NCBI GenBank assembly: GCA_900554565.1
Contig: USHX01000005.1
Location: 1-61,564, forward strand
Reading direction: 5' to 3'
Origin: an uncultured Clostridium sp.
GTDB taxonomy: Bacteria > Bacillota > Clostridia > TANB77 > CAG-508
Length of the DNA: 61,564 nt
The notes under the pieces are model-generated. The model searched no databases. It saw only the letters and a program-made list of their open reading frames with translations, and was not told the origin of the DNA. The translations under genes and the position numbers were made by a program. Positions 30,233-40,812 of the stretch are shown in pieces. Within the stretch, counting starts at the first letter, position 1; the number at the start of each line of letters is the position of its first letter.

Positions 30233-30739
30233 ATGACTTTTATTGGTATAATTTCAGATTCTAAAAGTTTTGAAAGGATGAAAGAAAAAGTAAAACAATT
30301 AGATATAGAAACAATAAAATTAATTCATATAAATAAGAAAAGTATAGGAAATATAAGAAACATAAAATTTCAAAGTGTAATCATAAATTCAGATTTAGAA
30401 GAATATCAAAATGAAAAAAAGTTAATACAAATAATATGTGAAAATGCAGATTATATAGTAGTAAATACAGACATAAATTTAAAAATAGAAGGTAGAAAAA
30501 ATTCAAAAATAATAACATATGGTCTAAATAGAAAGGCAAATGTAACAATATCAAGCATAACAGAAGCAAGCATATTAATATATTTACAAAAAAATATAAA
30601 AATACAAGGAAAAGAAGAAGCAGAAATAGCTGAAAAGCGCATAAAAAGGCAAGAAGACAGCAAAATGAAAACATATGAAATTTTAATTTTATATATAATA
30701 TTTTTAATAAATTCTATTCCCATAATCGAGCAAATATAG
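30233..30739 (+). CDS. hypothetical protein
   Basis: ORF with RBS aaggggat. C-terminal hydrophobic segment. No family recognised. Confidence 0.5.
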   Translation: MTFIGIISDSKSFERMKEKVKQLDIETIKLIHINKKSIGNIRNIKFQSVIINSDLEEYQNEKKLIQIICENADYIVVNTDINLKIEGRKNSKIITYGLNRKANVTISSITEASILIYLQKNIKIQGKEEAEIAEKRIKRQEDSKMKTYEILILYIIFLINSIPIIEQI

Positions 30740-30880
30740 GAAAAAACTAACTTTTTTGAATAAAATTAACTTTTTATGTAGACAAAACCAAAAAAATAGT
30801 GTATAATAGAAAATGTATTTAAACGGAGCGTAAAGAAAAATATACAATTGATAAATAAAAAAAATAGGGAGGAAAAGAAA

Positions 30881-31582
30881 TTGGATACAAATTATTTAGA
30901 AAACAACTATTTAACATTAGTTGGGAAAGTTACAGGAGAAAAGAAATTCAGTCATGAAATTTATGGAGAAAGTTTCTATGTATTTAACTTAGAAATACCA
31001 AGACTAAGTGGAAACAGTGATATAATACCAATCACTATTTCAGAAAGATTAATTAAAGAAGACACATTACAATCAGGAAAAAAATTATTAGTAAAAGGAC
31101 AATTCAGATCATACAATAGTTATGAAAATGAAAAAAACAGATTAATATTAACAGTGTTTGCTAAAGATGTAGTAGAATTAGAAGAAAATAGCGAAGAAGA
31201 AGAAAACGAAATGGTAAAAAAAGACATAATAACAAACGAAGTAGTATTAGTTGGTTTTATATGTAAAAAACCTATTTACAGACAAACACCATTTGGAAGA
31301 GAAATATCAGACTTACTATTAGCAGTAAACAGAGCATATAACAAATCAGATTATATACCATGTATAGCATGGGGAAGAAATGCAAGATTCTGCCAAAACT
31401 TAGAAGTAGGAACACAAGTAAAAGTAGTAGGAAGAGTTCAATCTAGAATGTATGAGAAAAAACATGAAGATGGAACTGTAGAAAATAGAGTTGCATATGA
31501 AGTATCAGTTGGAAGCTTAGAAGTTATAGAAGAAAAAGATACACCAAAAGAAACAGAAACAGAAAATCAAGAAGCTGTATAA
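30881..31582 (+). CDS. SSB-like protein with two tandem OB folds and acidic tail
   Basis: TTG 30881 after gggagg. Repeats NYLTLVGKV...SFYVFNLEI..L.....IPI and NEVVLVGFI....RQTPFGREISDLLLAV.......DYIPCIAWGRNA......VGT.V.V.GR.QSR.Y. Confidence 0.6.
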   Translation: MDTNYLENNYLTLVGKVTGEKKFSHEIYGESFYVFNLEIPRLSGNSDIIPITISERLIKEDTLQSGKKLLVKGQFRSYNSYENEKNRLILTVFAKDVVELEENSEEEENEMVKKDIITNEVVLVGFICKKPIYRQTPFGREISDLLLAVNRAYNKSDYIPCIAWGRNARFCQNLEVGTQVKVVGRVQSRMYEKKHEDGTVENRVAYEVSVGSLEVIEEKDTPKETETENQEAV

Positions 31583-31688
31583 TATAGAAAATAATATAAA
31601 TAAAAAGTTTCAAAAGTATAGTCTTTTGGAACTTTTTTTGATATAATCTCAAAAAGAAAATACTAGGAACTATGTAAGGAGATATACG

Positions 31689-33359
31689 ATGAAAGAAAAA
31701 AGAAAACTAAAAACAAGCACAAAATTCACAATAATGGCAATAGTGCTAATAGCAATATTTTCTGTAGCCTTAGCACCAGTGACACTACAAAACGACACAT
31801 TCTACACAATAAAAATAGGAGAACACATAATAAACAATAGAATAGACATGCAAGATCCATTCTCATGGCATCAAGACCTAGCATACACATATCCGCACTG
31901 GCTATATGATGTAATAACATATTTAATATACAATGCATTTGGCATGATGGGAATATATATAACAACATGTATTTTATCAGCAACACTTGGAATAACAGTA
32001 TATCTAGTAAATAAAAAACTAGCCAAAAATCACCTATTTTCATTTTTAATAACAATAGGTGTAATGTATGTAATGAAAGGATATATTGCAGCAAGGGCAC
32101 AGTTAGTAACATTTATATTATTTATGCTAACAATATTATTTATAGAACAATTCTTAGAAACAAAGAAAAAGAGATATGCAATAGGATTAATAATAATACC
32201 AATATTGCTTGCAAACTTACATTTAGCAGTATTTCCATTTTATTTTGTTTTATATTTACCATATATAGCAGAATATTTTATATCATCATTTGCAGAAACA
32301 ATAATATATCAGAAAACAACACAAAGACAAATAAAATTCAAAATAAAAAGACTGTCTAAAAAGCCTGGAAATGAAGAAAAAATAAATAAATTACAAGAAA
32401 AATTAAAAATTATTGAAGAAAAAGTTGACAAAATAAAAGTAAAAAGAAGCAAAGAATTACAAAATCCATATAAAATAAAACTAGAAAAAAGAAGTACAGT
32501 AAAATGGCTTATTTTAATAATGGTAATATGCTTATTTACAGGGCTTTTAACACCGCTTGGAACAACACCATACACATACCTAACAAAGACAATGGAAGGA
32601 AACACTACACAAAATATAAATGAACATTTACCAATGACATTAGCTTCAGACACAGAAGTATTATGCACACTAATACTATTTTTATCACTACTAATTTTCA
32701 CAAAAGTAAAAATAAGATTAAGTGATTTATTCATGTTAGGTGGACTATGCTACCTTATGTTAGCATCAAGAAGACAAGTAACAATGTTCGTATTAATATG
32801 TTCAGTAATATTAAACAGACTAATTATGCAAGCAACAAAAATATATATAAAAGAAGATATAGAAGTTGCAATGAAAAAAATAACAAGTGTTATAGGAATT
32901 TTAATAACATCTATCTTAGTACTAGGACTAAGTTACTATGTAGCTAAAGATAAAGTAGATGACAAATTTATAGATGAATCTTCATATCCGGTACAAGCAT
33001 GTGACTATATTTTAGAAAACATAGATTTAGGAAAAGCTAGATTTTATAATGAATATAATTATGGAAGTTACATGTTATATAGAGGAATACCAGTATTTAT
33101 AGATTCAAGAGCAGATTTATATGCACCAGAATTTAGTGGAAAAAAAGAGGACATTTTTATGGACTTTATAGATACATCAAATATAGGAAAATTCTATGAG
33201 GATACATTTGAAAAATATGACATAACACATGTAATATGCTATAAAAACTCAAAAATGAACATGATAATAACAAAAACAAAAGACAAAAATTACAAGGAAT
33301 TATATTCTGATGAATATTTTGTAATATATGAAAGAGAAAACAGCAGTAATAATAAGTAG
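31689..33359 (+). CDS. polytopic membrane protein, GT-C-like (ArnT/PMT-type) putative glycosyltransferase
   Basis: At least 10 predicted TM helices, a Lys-rich cytoplasmic loop and a soluble C-terminal domain. Family assignment is tentative. Confidence 0.6.
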   Translation: MKEKRKLKTSTKFTIMAIVLIAIFSVALAPVTLQNDTFYTIKIGEHIINNRIDMQDPFSWHQDLAYTYPHWLYDVITYLIYNAFGMMGIYITTCILSATLGITVYLVNKKLAKNHLFSFLITIGVMYVMKGYIAARAQLVTFILFMLTILFIEQFLETKKKRYAIGLIIIPILLANLHLAVFPFYFVLYLPYIAEYFISSFAETIIYQKTTQRQIKFKIKRLSKKPGNEEKINKLQEKLKIIEEKVDKIKVKRSKELQNPYKIKLEKRSTVKWLILIMVICLFTGLLTPLGTTPYTYLTKTMEGNTTQNINEHLPMTLASDTEVLCTLILFLSLLIFTKVKIRLSDLFMLGGLCYLMLASRRQVTMFVLICSVILNRLIMQATKIYIKEDIEVAMKKITSVIGILITSILVLGLSYYVAKDKVDDKFIDESSYPVQACDYILENIDLGKARFYNEYNYGSYMLYRGIPVFIDSRADLYAPEFSGKKEDIFMDFIDTSNIGKFYEDTFEKYDITHVICYKNSKMNMIITKTKDKNYKELYSDEYFVIYERENSSNNK

Positions 33360-33370
33360 AAGCAGAAAGA

Positions 33371-34309
33371 ATGGTGAAAATGAAAAAAATTATTGTAGAA
33401 AATGAAGAGAAAAATCAAAGAATAGATGCATATTTAGCCAAAAAATATGAAGACATGTCTAGAGTTGCAGTAAAAAGACTAATAGATGAAGAAAAAATAT
33501 TAGTAAACAATAAAAAAACAAAAGCTTCATACAAAGTGCAAGAAAATGATGAAATAACAATAGAAAAAGAAAAGCCAAAAGAAATAGAATTAAAAGCACA
33601 AAATATTCCACTAGAAATTCTATATGAAGATAATGACATAATAGTAGTAAATAAGCCCAAAGGAATGGTTGTGCATCCAGCAAATGGAAACCCAGATGGA
33701 ACTTTAGTAAATGCAGTTATGGCAATTTGCCATGACTCATTATCTGGAATAGGTGGAGAAATAAGACCAGGAATTGTGCACAGACTAGACAAAGACACAT
33801 CAGGTGTAATTGTAGTTGCAAAAAATGACAAAGCACACATCAATCTTAGTGAACAAATAAAAAATCATGAAGTAGAAAAAACATATTTAGCATTAGTAAA
33901 AGGATTTGTTAAAGAAAATGAAGCAACAATAAATATGCCAATAGGAAGAAGTACAAGCAACAGAAAGAAAATGGCAGTAACCAAAAGTGGTAAACAAGCA
34001 ATAACACATTTTAAAGTAATAAAAAGATATAAAACACATAAACAAGATTATGCACTTTTAGAGGTAAAAATAGAAACAGGTAGAACACACCAAATAAGAG
34101 TACATCTATCACAAATAGGATATCCAATTGTAGGAGATTCAACATATTCAAACGGAAAAAACGAATGGGGAATAGAAGGACAATGCTTACATGCTAAAAG
34201 CCTAAAATTCAAACACCCAATAACAGGAAAAGAAATGTATATAGAAGCAAAATTACCACAATATTATGAAGAACTTTTAAGAGAGTTGGAGATATATGGA
34301 AGAAATTAG
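33371..34309 (+). CDS. rluD: RluA-family 23S rRNA pseudouridine synthase (RluD-like)
   Basis: S4 domain RIDAYLAK, catalytic HRLDKDTSGVIVVAKN, GRTHQIRVHL. Confidence 0.9.
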   Translation: MVKMKKIIVENEEKNQRIDAYLAKKYEDMSRVAVKRLIDEEKILVNNKKTKASYKVQENDEITIEKEKPKEIELKAQNIPLEILYEDNDIIVVNKPKGMVVHPANGNPDGTLVNAVMAICHDSLSGIGGEIRPGIVHRLDKDTSGVIVVAKNDKAHINLSEQIKNHEVEKTYLALVKGFVKENEATINMPIGRSTSNRKKMAVTKSGKQAITHFKVIKRYKTHKQDYALLEVKIETGRTHQIRVHLSQIGYPIVGDSTYSNGKNEWGIEGQCLHAKSLKFKHPITGKEMYIEAKLPQYYEELLRELEIYGRN

Positions 34310-35012
34310 ATTACAAAAATATATAGCAAAATCAGGAGTAGCATCAAGAAGAAAAGCAGAAGAACTAATTTTAGAAGGCAAAATACAAGTAAATGGAAAA
34401 ACAATAACAGAACTTGGAACAAAAGTTAATCCTGAAAAAGATATAGTAACATATAATGGAAGAAAATTAAAAACAGAAGAAGAATTTGTATATATTTTAT
34501 TAAACAAGCCAATAGGCTATGTAACAACTGTAAAAGACCAATTTGGAAGAGATTCAGTATTAGACTTAGTAAAAATAAAAGAACATTTAGTGCCAGTAGG
34601 AAGGTTAGATATGTACACATCAGGAGCATTGATACTTACAAATGATGGTGACTTTGTATATAAAGTAACACACCCAAAGCATGAAATAGAAAAAACATAC
34701 ACAGTAACAATAAAAGGAATAGTAAAAAATGAAGAAGTAGAAATGCTACGAAAAGGTGTAAAAATTGAGGATTATACAACAAAACCTGCAAAAGTAAAAA
34801 TACTAAAAACAGACGAAGAAAAAAATATTTCTAGACTTGAAATAACTATTCATGAAGGAAAAAACAGACAAGTAAGAAAAATGTGTGAAACAGTAGGACA
34901 CAAGGTTCTAGCATTACACAGAAGCAAAATTGCAGGAATTGGAGTAAAAGATATACCACTTGGAAAATGGCGATTTATGAAAGAAAAAGAAATAAGGAAA
35001 ATTTTAGGATAA
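34296..35012 (+). CDS. rluB: RsuA/RluB-family pseudouridine synthase
   Basis: S4 domain RLQKYIAKSGVASRRKAEELI, catalytic GRLDMYTSGALILTNDG, EGKNRQVRKM. Confidence 0.9.
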   Translation: MEEIRLQKYIAKSGVASRRKAEELILEGKIQVNGKTITELGTKVNPEKDIVTYNGRKLKTEEEFVYILLNKPIGYVTTVKDQFGRDSVLDLVKIKEHLVPVGRLDMYTSGALILTNDGDFVYKVTHPKHEIEKTYTVTIKGIVKNEEVEMLRKGVKIEDYTTKPAKVKILKTDEEKNISRLEITIHEGKNRQVRKMCETVGHKVLALHRSKIAGIGVKDIPLGKWRFMKEKEIRKILG

Positions 35013-35077
35013 ACATTGAAAACTAAAATCAAAACTTATATAATAAAGCAAACATAAGATAAAGGAGAAAAAAACAA

Positions 35078-35881
35078 ATGAATGCATTTAAATTCGTACC
35101 CGAAGGTTGGAATAATGAAATTACAAAAGTAAACCAAAATAATATAAAAACATATATCGAAAATCAAGAAACATTACAAGGATTAGTAAAAAATTGTGAT
35201 GATAAATACAATTTATATGTAAGCTTTGAAAACGGATTAAAAGGCAAAATACCTAGAGAAGAAGTCGAAGGAATAAACTTACAAGAAGATGGATTACCTA
35301 AAACAAATCTATGCACAGGAAAAGTACATAAATTTGTACAATTCAAAGTAAAAGATATTGACAATCAAAACAATATAATTTTATCAAGAAAAGAAGTGCA
35401 AAAAGAAGCACTAGAATGGGTAAAAGAAGACTTACAAGAAGGCGAAAAAGTAACAGGTATAGTAAAAAGTATAAAACCATATGGAGCATTTGTAGAAATA
35501 GGCGGTGGAATAGTAGGGCTTGTACATATAGAAGACCTATCAGTAGCAAGAATAAAAACACCATATGAACGCTTGAAAATTGGACAAAAAATAGATATTA
35601 TGGTAAAATCTATAAATAGAGACCAAGGAAAAGTAATATTATCATATAAAGAAACATTAGGCTCATGGAAAGAAAACATTCAAAAATTCAAAACTGGAAT
35701 AAGAGTAAAAGGTAAAATTAGAGAAACAGAAAAAAACAAAAACGGAATCTTTATAGAACTAACACCAAATCTAGTAGGAATGGCAGAATATAAAGAAGGG
35801 TATCAATATGGGCAAGATGTAGAAGTATATATAAAAAAAATTGATGAAAAACGCAAAAAAATAAAATTATTAATTGTGTAA
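35078..35881 (+). CDS. S1 RNA-binding domain protein
   Basis: GEKVTGIVKSIKPYGAFVEIGGGIVGLVHIEDLS plus flanking degenerate S1-like repeats. Confidence 0.8.
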   Translation: MNAFKFVPEGWNNEITKVNQNNIKTYIENQETLQGLVKNCDDKYNLYVSFENGLKGKIPREEVEGINLQEDGLPKTNLCTGKVHKFVQFKVKDIDNQNNIILSRKEVQKEALEWVKEDLQEGEKVTGIVKSIKPYGAFVEIGGGIVGLVHIEDLSVARIKTPYERLKIGQKIDIMVKSINRDQGKVILSYKETLGSWKENIQKFKTGIRVKGKIRETEKNKNGIFIELTPNLVGMAEYKEGYQYGQDVEVYIKKIDEKRKKIKLLIV

Positions 35882-35893
35882 GGAGGAATAAAA

Positions 35894-36829
35894 ATGGTTG
35901 AAGATAATCAAATAAAAGCACAAGTATCACCATTTGCAATAAGAGAAGGAGAAATAAAAACATTTGATGGAAAAGATGGATATGTATCAATGAATCAAAT
36001 AGTTCATAAAATCAATATAGGACATATAAATGAAATTCATTTTGCAATATTAGATTTAGTAAATGAATTTGAATTTATAACATCAAGACAATTATATCAA
36101 ATGCTTGAAATAAAAGGGATAGATCCAAAATCACAAGACAAATTAAATAATAAACTAGACCAATTAGTAAAATCTAAAATACTAACTAGATATTATTTTA
36201 CATCTGATGAAGGAAAAGGAATTTATAGAATATATTGCCTAGAAAAAATGGGAAAATATTTATTAAATTCAAAAGAAGTTGACTGTAAATGGCAACCATC
36301 AGATAATACAAAACCAGTTCCAATGATAAAGAAAAGATTAGCTGGAAATCAAACTTTAATAGCATATTTAAGAAAAGTTAAAGCATTTGATAGTTATGTT
36401 GTAAAACCAGCAATTACTGCAAAAGTTGCAGGAAAATTATTTAAAGCAACAGGAGGAGCTGTAAAATTAACTAAAAATGGAAAATCAATTCAATTTGTTT
36501 TCGAAGTAGTAAGAAGGGAACAAGATTGGCAAAAGAAAATAGTGGACAAAATGAGACTTTACAAAGACTTTTATGAGAACTTTGTTCAAGGTGATTCAGG
36601 ATTTTCATCAATGCCTCAATTAATTTTGATTTGTGAAGATGAAAAACATATGGCTGAAACATTTAGAGAAATTGTAACAAATCAAGTGGAAATTCCACAA
36701 ATTAAATTGTATTTTACAACAGATTTAAGACAAAATAAGGATACATTAGAAAATACTTTAGTTGAATTTAAATTAGTAGATGGAAAGTATAAAATGGAAG
36801 ATGTAGAGTTAAAGTTATTAGGTATGTAA
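35894..36829 (+). CDS. hypothetical protein with N-terminal winged-helix region resembling the replication-relaxation (Replic_Relax) family
   Basis: HFAILDLVNEFEFITSRQLYQML.....KLNNKLDQLVKSKILTRYYF...G.YRIYCLEKMGKYLL. Assignment by pattern only. Confidence 0.45.
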   Translation: MVEDNQIKAQVSPFAIREGEIKTFDGKDGYVSMNQIVHKINIGHINEIHFAILDLVNEFEFITSRQLYQMLEIKGIDPKSQDKLNNKLDQLVKSKILTRYYFTSDEGKGIYRIYCLEKMGKYLLNSKEVDCKWQPSDNTKPVPMIKKRLAGNQTLIAYLRKVKAFDSYVVKPAITAKVAGKLFKATGGAVKLTKNGKSIQFVFEVVRREQDWQKKIVDKMRLYKDFYENFVQGDSGFSSMPQLILICEDEKHMAETFREIVTNQVEIPQIKLYFTTDLRQNKDTLENTLVEFKLVDGKYKMEDVELKLLGM

Positions 36830-36859
36830 AAAATATAAATGGAATAAAAGAATATAAAA

Positions 36860-36984
36860 AGAGATTTAATATTATTTTTTACGAATTGACAATTCGGGGG
36901 GACCGACTTTTTAGCAGTCTGTTATGAAATTACAGACTGTTAGAAGTTGGGAGTCACAAAGTAAAAAATACATATTAAATCTCT
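36860..36984. other. structured, locally GC-rich intergenic element (23/24-nt inverted arms enclosing ~78 nt with a 15-bp palindrome, G6 run and 8-bp hairpin)
   Basis: Arms 36860-36882 and 36961-36984 pair with one bulge. Palindrome cgaattgAcaattcg at 36882-36896. Hairpin cagtctgt/acagactg at 36915-36939. Confidence 0.6.
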
Positions 36985-37023
36985 CTTTTAGTTAGTTTTC
37001 AGTAATTTTTAAATCTATTTAAT

Positions 37024-37752
37024 TTATAATCCTAAAATCTTTTTAGCCCTATCCACATCAGCTTGATTTGCTTCTCTTACACCCTCTAGAGGGTAGGAAA
37101 ATCCAAGTTTTTTCCACTTGAATTCTCCCATGTTGTGATAAGGTAAGATTTCAACCTTTTCAACAGTTTTTAATGTATTTAAAAAATCTTTCAATTTCAA
37201 TAAATCATTTTCATCATCAGTATAACCAGGAACCAAAACCTGTCTAATCCAAATAGGAATATTGTTATCACTTAAGTACCTAGCAAAATCAAGTTCAAGT
37301 TTATTAGAAACTCCAACAAGTTCTTTACATTTGTCATCATCAATATGCTTTATATCTAATAAAACTAAATCTGTAACACTAAGTACATTTTTAATATCAT
37401 CTGTTAAAGGCAATGAGCCAGAAGTATCAACACATGTGTGTATTCCTTCTTTTTTCAATTTTTTAAACAATTCAAAAATAAATTTAGATTGTAAAAGTGG
37501 TTCACCACCTGTCATTGTAACACCGCCATTAGGATAAATGTAATTCTTATATCTCATTATTTTATCAAAAATATCATCTAATGACTTAAATTCTCCACCA
37601 TTAACATCCCAAGTGTCTCTGTTATGGCAGTATTTACATTGTAGATGACAGCCTTGTAAGAAAAGTACAAATCTTATTCCAGGTCCATCTACTGTGCCAA
37701 AGGACTCAATAGAGTGCACTTTGGCGTAGCTTTTTAAATCTTTTTCTTCCAT
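37024..37752 (-). CDS. pflA: pyruvate formate-lyase activating enzyme (radical SAM)
   Basis: CHLQCKYCHNRDTW cluster motif, GGVTMTGGEPLLQ. Confidence 0.93.
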   Translation of the reverse strand: MEEKDLKSYAKVHSIESFGTVDGPGIRFVLFLQGCHLQCKYCHNRDTWDVNGGEFKSLDDIFDKIMRYKNYIYPNGGVTMTGGEPLLQSKFIFELFKKLKKEGIHTCVDTSGSLPLTDDIKNVLSVTDLVLLDIKHIDDDKCKELVGVSNKLELDFARYLSDNNIPIWIRQVLVPGYTDDENDLLKLKDFLNTLKTVEKVEILPYHNMGEFKWKKLGFSYPLEGVREANQADVDRAKKILGL

Positions 37753-37776
37753 CTTAATGCTCCTTAAATTAGGCTA

Positions 37777-40014
37777 TTAAATTTTTTCATGTATTGTACG
37801 ATTAATTACATCTAATTGTTGTTCTCTTGTTAATTTTGTAAAGTTTACAGCATATCCAGAAACACGAATTGTTAATTGTGGATATTTTTCTGGATGTTCC
37901 ATGGCATCTACTAATAATGCTCTATCAAAAACATTGACATTTATATGATGCCCTGTTTGTGTGAAATATCCATCTAACATATTAACTAAGTTTGTTATTT
38001 TTTCATCTTCAGTTTTACCAAGAGTTCCAGGTGTTATTGAGAAAGTATATGAAATACCATCTTCTGCAGAATCAAATGGTAATTTTGCAATTGAGTTCAT
38101 AACTGCTAATGCACCATTTGTATCTCTTCCATGAAGTGGGTTAGCACCAGGTCCAAATGGAGCTCCAGCTCTTCTTCCATCAGGAGTGTTTCCAGTAGCT
38201 TTTCCATAAACTACATTTGAAGTGATTGTTAATATAGATAATGTATGTGTTGAATTTCTGTAAGTTTGATGTTTTCTTAGTTTATTCATAAAGTTTTTAA
38301 CTATTCCAACAGCTAATTCATCAACTCTATCATCATCATTTCCGAATTTAGGGAAATCTCCTTCAATTTCATAATCAACAGCTAATCCTGATTCATCACG
38401 AATAACTTTTACTTTTGCATATTTTATAGCAGATAAAGAGTCTGCAACAACAGATAAACCAGCTATACCACATGCCATAGTTCTATATATATCTTTATCA
38501 TGTAAAGCCATTTCAATTGCTTCATATGAATATTTATCATGCATATAGTGAATTGCATTTAATGCTTTAATATAAATTTTAGCTACATAATCCATCATTT
38601 GATTGAATTTTTCCATAACTTCATCATAGTCTAAATATTCTGATGTAATTGGTTCATATTTAGGAGTTACTTGTTTTCCTGTTTTTTCATCTCTACCACC
38701 ATTTATAGCATATAATAAAGTTTTTGCTAAGTTAGCTCTTGCACCAAAGAATTGCATTTGTTTTCCTATTTTCATAGGAGAAACACAACATGCTATTCCA
38801 TAATCATCACCTAATGTGATTCTCATTAAGTCATCATTTTCATATTGTATTGAAGAAGTTTTTATAGATAAGTCTGTAGCAAATCTTTTAAATCCTTCTG
38901 GAAGTCTTGTAGACCATAAAACAGTTAGATTTGGCTCAGGAGCTGGCCCTAAGTTTTGTAATGTATGAAGTATTCTGAAAGAGTTTTTAGTAACTAAAGT
39001 TCTTCCATCAATTCCCATACCACCGATACTTTCTGTTACCCAAACTGGGTCTCCACTAAATAGTTCGTTATATTCAGGTGTTCTTAAGAAACGAACTAGT
39101 CTTAATTTCATAACAAAGTGGTCCATTATTTCTTGAGCTTCTTCTTCTGTTATAACACCATTTTTTAAATCTCTTTCAAAGTAAATGTCTAAGAATGTTG
39201 ATGTTCTACCAATACTCATAGCAGCACCATTTTGATCTTTTATAGCTCCTAAATATGCAAAATATAACCATTGAACAGCTTCTTTAGCATTTGTTGCTGG
39301 TTTTGAAATATCAAATCCATATTTTCCGGCCATAACTTTTAATTCATTTAATGCTGTTATTTGTTCACTAATTTCTTCTCTTTCACGAATTACTTTTTCA
39401 GTTAATTCATCTACATTTAAAACATCTAATTCAGATTGTTTTTCTTCTATTAATACATCAACACCATATAATGCAACTCTTCTGTAATCACCAATTATTC
39501 TTCCACGACCATATCCATCTGGAAGACCTGTTATTAAGTGTGAACTTCTAGCTGCTCTTATATCTGGTGTGTAAACACTAAATACTCCATCATTATGAGT
39601 TTTTCTATATTTGTGGAATATTTCATCAGTTTCTGGGTCAACTTTTCTTCCATATGCTTCACATGATTTTTCAACTATTCTAATTCCACCAAATGGCATA
39701 ATAGCTCTTTTTAATGGTTTGTCTGTTTGTAGACCAACTATATCTTCTAAATCTTTGTCGATATATCCAGCATCATGTGCTGATACAGTAGAAACAGTTT
39801 TTGTATCTATATCTAAAACTCCACCTGGAGCATCATGCTCTTGTTTGTAAAGTTCTAATACTTCATTCCATAATTTTTGTGTTTTTTCAGTTGTACCACT
39901 TAAAAAAGTTCCATCACCTTCATATGGTGTGTAGTTATGTTGGATAAAATCTCTTACATTTATTTCAGATTCCCAATCTCCTTTTTTAAATCCTTTCCAT
40001 TGTTCAAATTTCAT
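37777..40014 (-). CDS. pflB: formate C-acetyltransferase (pyruvate formate-lyase)
   Basis: Glycyl-radical motif [11 protein letters not shown], active-site ACCVSPM. 745 aa. Confidence 0.95.
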   Translation of the reverse strand: MKFEQWKGFKKGDWESEINVRDFIQHNYTPYEGDGTFLSGTTEKTQKLWNEVLELYKQEHDAPGGVLDIDTKTVSTVSAHDAGYIDKDLEDIVGLQTDKPLKRAIMPFGGIRIVEKSCEAYGRKVDPETDEIFHKYRKTHNDGVFSVYTPDIRAARSSHLITGLPDGYGRGRIIGDYRRVALYGVDVLIEEKQSELDVLNVDELTEKVIREREEISEQITALNELKVMAGKYGFDISKPATNAKEAVQWLYFAYLGAIKDQNGAAMSIGRTSTFLDIYFERDLKNGVITEEEAQEIMDHFVMKLRLVRFLRTPEYNELFSGDPVWVTESIGGMGIDGRTLVTKNSFRILHTLQNLGPAPEPNLTVLWSTRLPEGFKRFATDLSIKTSSIQYENDDLMRITLGDDYGIACCVSPMKIGKQMQFFGARANLAKTLLYAINGGRDEKTGKQVTPKYEPITSEYLDYDEVMEKFNQMMDYVAKIYIKALNAIHYMHDKYSYEAIEMALHDKDIYRTMACGIAGLSVVADSLSAIKYAKVKVIRDESGLAVDYEIEGDFPKFGNDDDRVDELAVGIVKNFMNKLRKHQTYRNSTHTLSILTITSNVVYGKATGNTPDGRRAGAPFGPGANPLHGRDTNGALAVMNSIAKLPFDSAEDGISYTFSITPGTLGKTEDEKITNLVNMLDGYFTQTGHHINVNVFDRALLVDAMEHPEKYPQLTIRVSGYAVNFTKLTREQQLDVINRTIHEKI

Positions 40015-40130
40015 AATAATTTTACCTCCTATAAATTATATATATTATTTGCAATTTTTTCATTTATTATAATAACATATGGAAAAAATATTAGCAATGA
40101 ATTCACCGGAAATTTACAATTAATTGTCGA

Positions 40131-40155
40131 AAAAAAAGACCATAAAATGGTCTTT
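40131..40155 (-). terminator. rho-independent terminator of the XRE gene (minus strand)
   Basis: aaagaccat / atggtcttt stem; a T run follows on the minus strand. Confidence 0.65.
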
Positions 40156-40168
40156 AGAAAAATATTTT

Positions 40169-40519
40169 TTATAGTGGATCATGTGGATCAGCTGCAGCAA
40201 TAACTTTTGCTACATCATATATTAATCTTTGTGTTTCAGGTGAACAACTTTTTAATAATTGTGAAAATTCTTTATTTAAGTAATTTTCTGAATTACTAGC
40301 AACACCATTTAAGATGTAACCTTCAGAAACATCTAATATTCTACAAAGTTGGTTTAATCTTCTTAAATTTATATGAGAACTTCCTCTTTCGATTCTACTT
40401 AAAAAAGCGACAGAAACATCTAATTGCTCAGATAAGTCTTCTTGAGTTAAGTTTTTAGAAATTCTAGCTTCTTTTATTCTTTGACCAATTACACTATAAT
40501 CAATAGCCATATTTATCAC
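40169..40519 (-). CDS. XRE-family helix-turn-helix transcriptional regulator
   Basis: IGQRIKEARISKNLTQEDLSEQLDVSVAFLSRIERG. Confidence 0.82.
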   Translation of the reverse strand: MINMAIDYSVIGQRIKEARISKNLTQEDLSEQLDVSVAFLSRIERGSSHINLRRLNQLCRILDVSEGYILNGVASNSENYLNKEFSQLLKSCSPETQRLIYDVAKVIAAADPHDPL

Positions 40520-40812
40520 CTTCCCATTATGGATAATAGCATTTTATGGTTTAAATTTACAGGCACTAAAATATATATCTAGAACCTATAGGTTTATAAT
40601 TTTTATGAAAATTGGAAAATAATATACATATAAGGTAAATTCAAAATGAGTTATATAGAAAAATAAAGAAAAAATAAGAAAATGAAAGCAAAACAGAGGA
40701 AAAATACTATAAATAGCAAAAACAAAAGAACAAAATCTTTACAAAATGACAAATTACGAGCAATTGTGTATACATAATTTGCTTTTGGAGAGAATATATA
40801 GTATAATAGAAG

